Shown here in pieces: positions 63,429 to 64,000 of a stretch of 64,000 nt of DNA (positions within the stretch are counted from its first letter, which is position 1; every line of letters starts with the position of its first letter). This DNA comes from Chrysomallon squamiferum. Taxonomy: Eukaryota > Animalia > Mollusca. The position numbers and the translations under genes are program-made. The notes below the pieces were generated by a model. It saw only the letters and a list, made by a program, of their open reading frames with translations, had not been told where the DNA came from and did not search any database. The DNA lies in NCBI GenBank assembly GCA_012295275.1, contig CM022672.1, forward strand, positions 25,420,001 to 25,484,000, given 5' to 3'.

Positions 63429-63759
63429 GCTTATACATTATACACAAAACAAAGCTCACAGATGTGATTAAACAGATTAGAAGACAAGAATGGACCTGGT
63501 CAGTGAGCTTCAGTATCAAACAAGAAAACAGTGGACATCAAGTACGACCACTTGGAAACTATACGACGGGAAAGGATCTAGACATGTGAGTTCTTGTTTC
63601 TGATTGTATAGGAGTTAAGGAGCATGTGAAATGTATATACTTAAAGTAAACTAATTTATAACCGTATTGCTATGTGATTTTAATAATAAGAACATATTTT
63701 CGTTAAGTATATTTATCTTGTTATACATCTTCCTCTTAACAGTACATGTACTGAACAAT
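60164..63759 (+). repeat. Segmental duplication, start of a further repeat unit (paralogous to 44094-46845), with ~1.2 kb extra at ~61680-62885
   Basis: Collinear direct match to 44094-46845 with indels. Confidence 0.9.
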
Positions 63760-63803
63760 CTTAGTTATTTGATCATGTTACATATGATATGATTTTTTAT
63801 TTT

Positions 63804-63863
<60 letters not shown>

Positions 63864-64000
63864 TATTTTTCTCCTTTTTTTTATTTTTAGTTTTTTTTTT
63901 TTTTTTTTTTTGTCTTTTTTTTTTATTTCTAAAAGTTTTTTCTGGTTACTTATTTTGACAATTTACATCAATTAGCAACACCATACAAACACAGGCACAG

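Overview
AT-rich, microsatellite-dense, intron-containing animal genomic DNA; the gene content looks invertebrate, possibly mollusc, but the organism is not established. Splicing by hand gives four things. (1) A minus-strand, 19-exon secreted astacin metalloprotease (signal/pro-astacin-EGF-CUB-MAM-MAM, about 912 aa, CDS 13083->1067) with a ~100-aa insertion inside MAM1. (2) Head-to-head with it, a plus-strand BLNK/SLP-76-family SH2 adaptor (CDS 17138-37543, about 580 aa) whose acidic Tyr motifs and PxxPxR motifs sit on a string of tiny exons. One 33-nt exon is present twice, the reading frame needs a probable 4-nt microexon, and a decayed Penelope-like retroelement lies in an intron. (3) A Sola2-like non-autonomous DNA transposon with ~0.5-kb terminal inverted repeats (TIRs) at 41775-43019. 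(4) A rearranged tandem cluster of LicD-family type II membrane phosphotransferases with single-exon CDSs: two full copies, one 3' fragment, and the start of a further repeat unit running off the window. Most ORFs in the supplied track are microsatellite artefacts. All gene models are manual predictions without transcript support.
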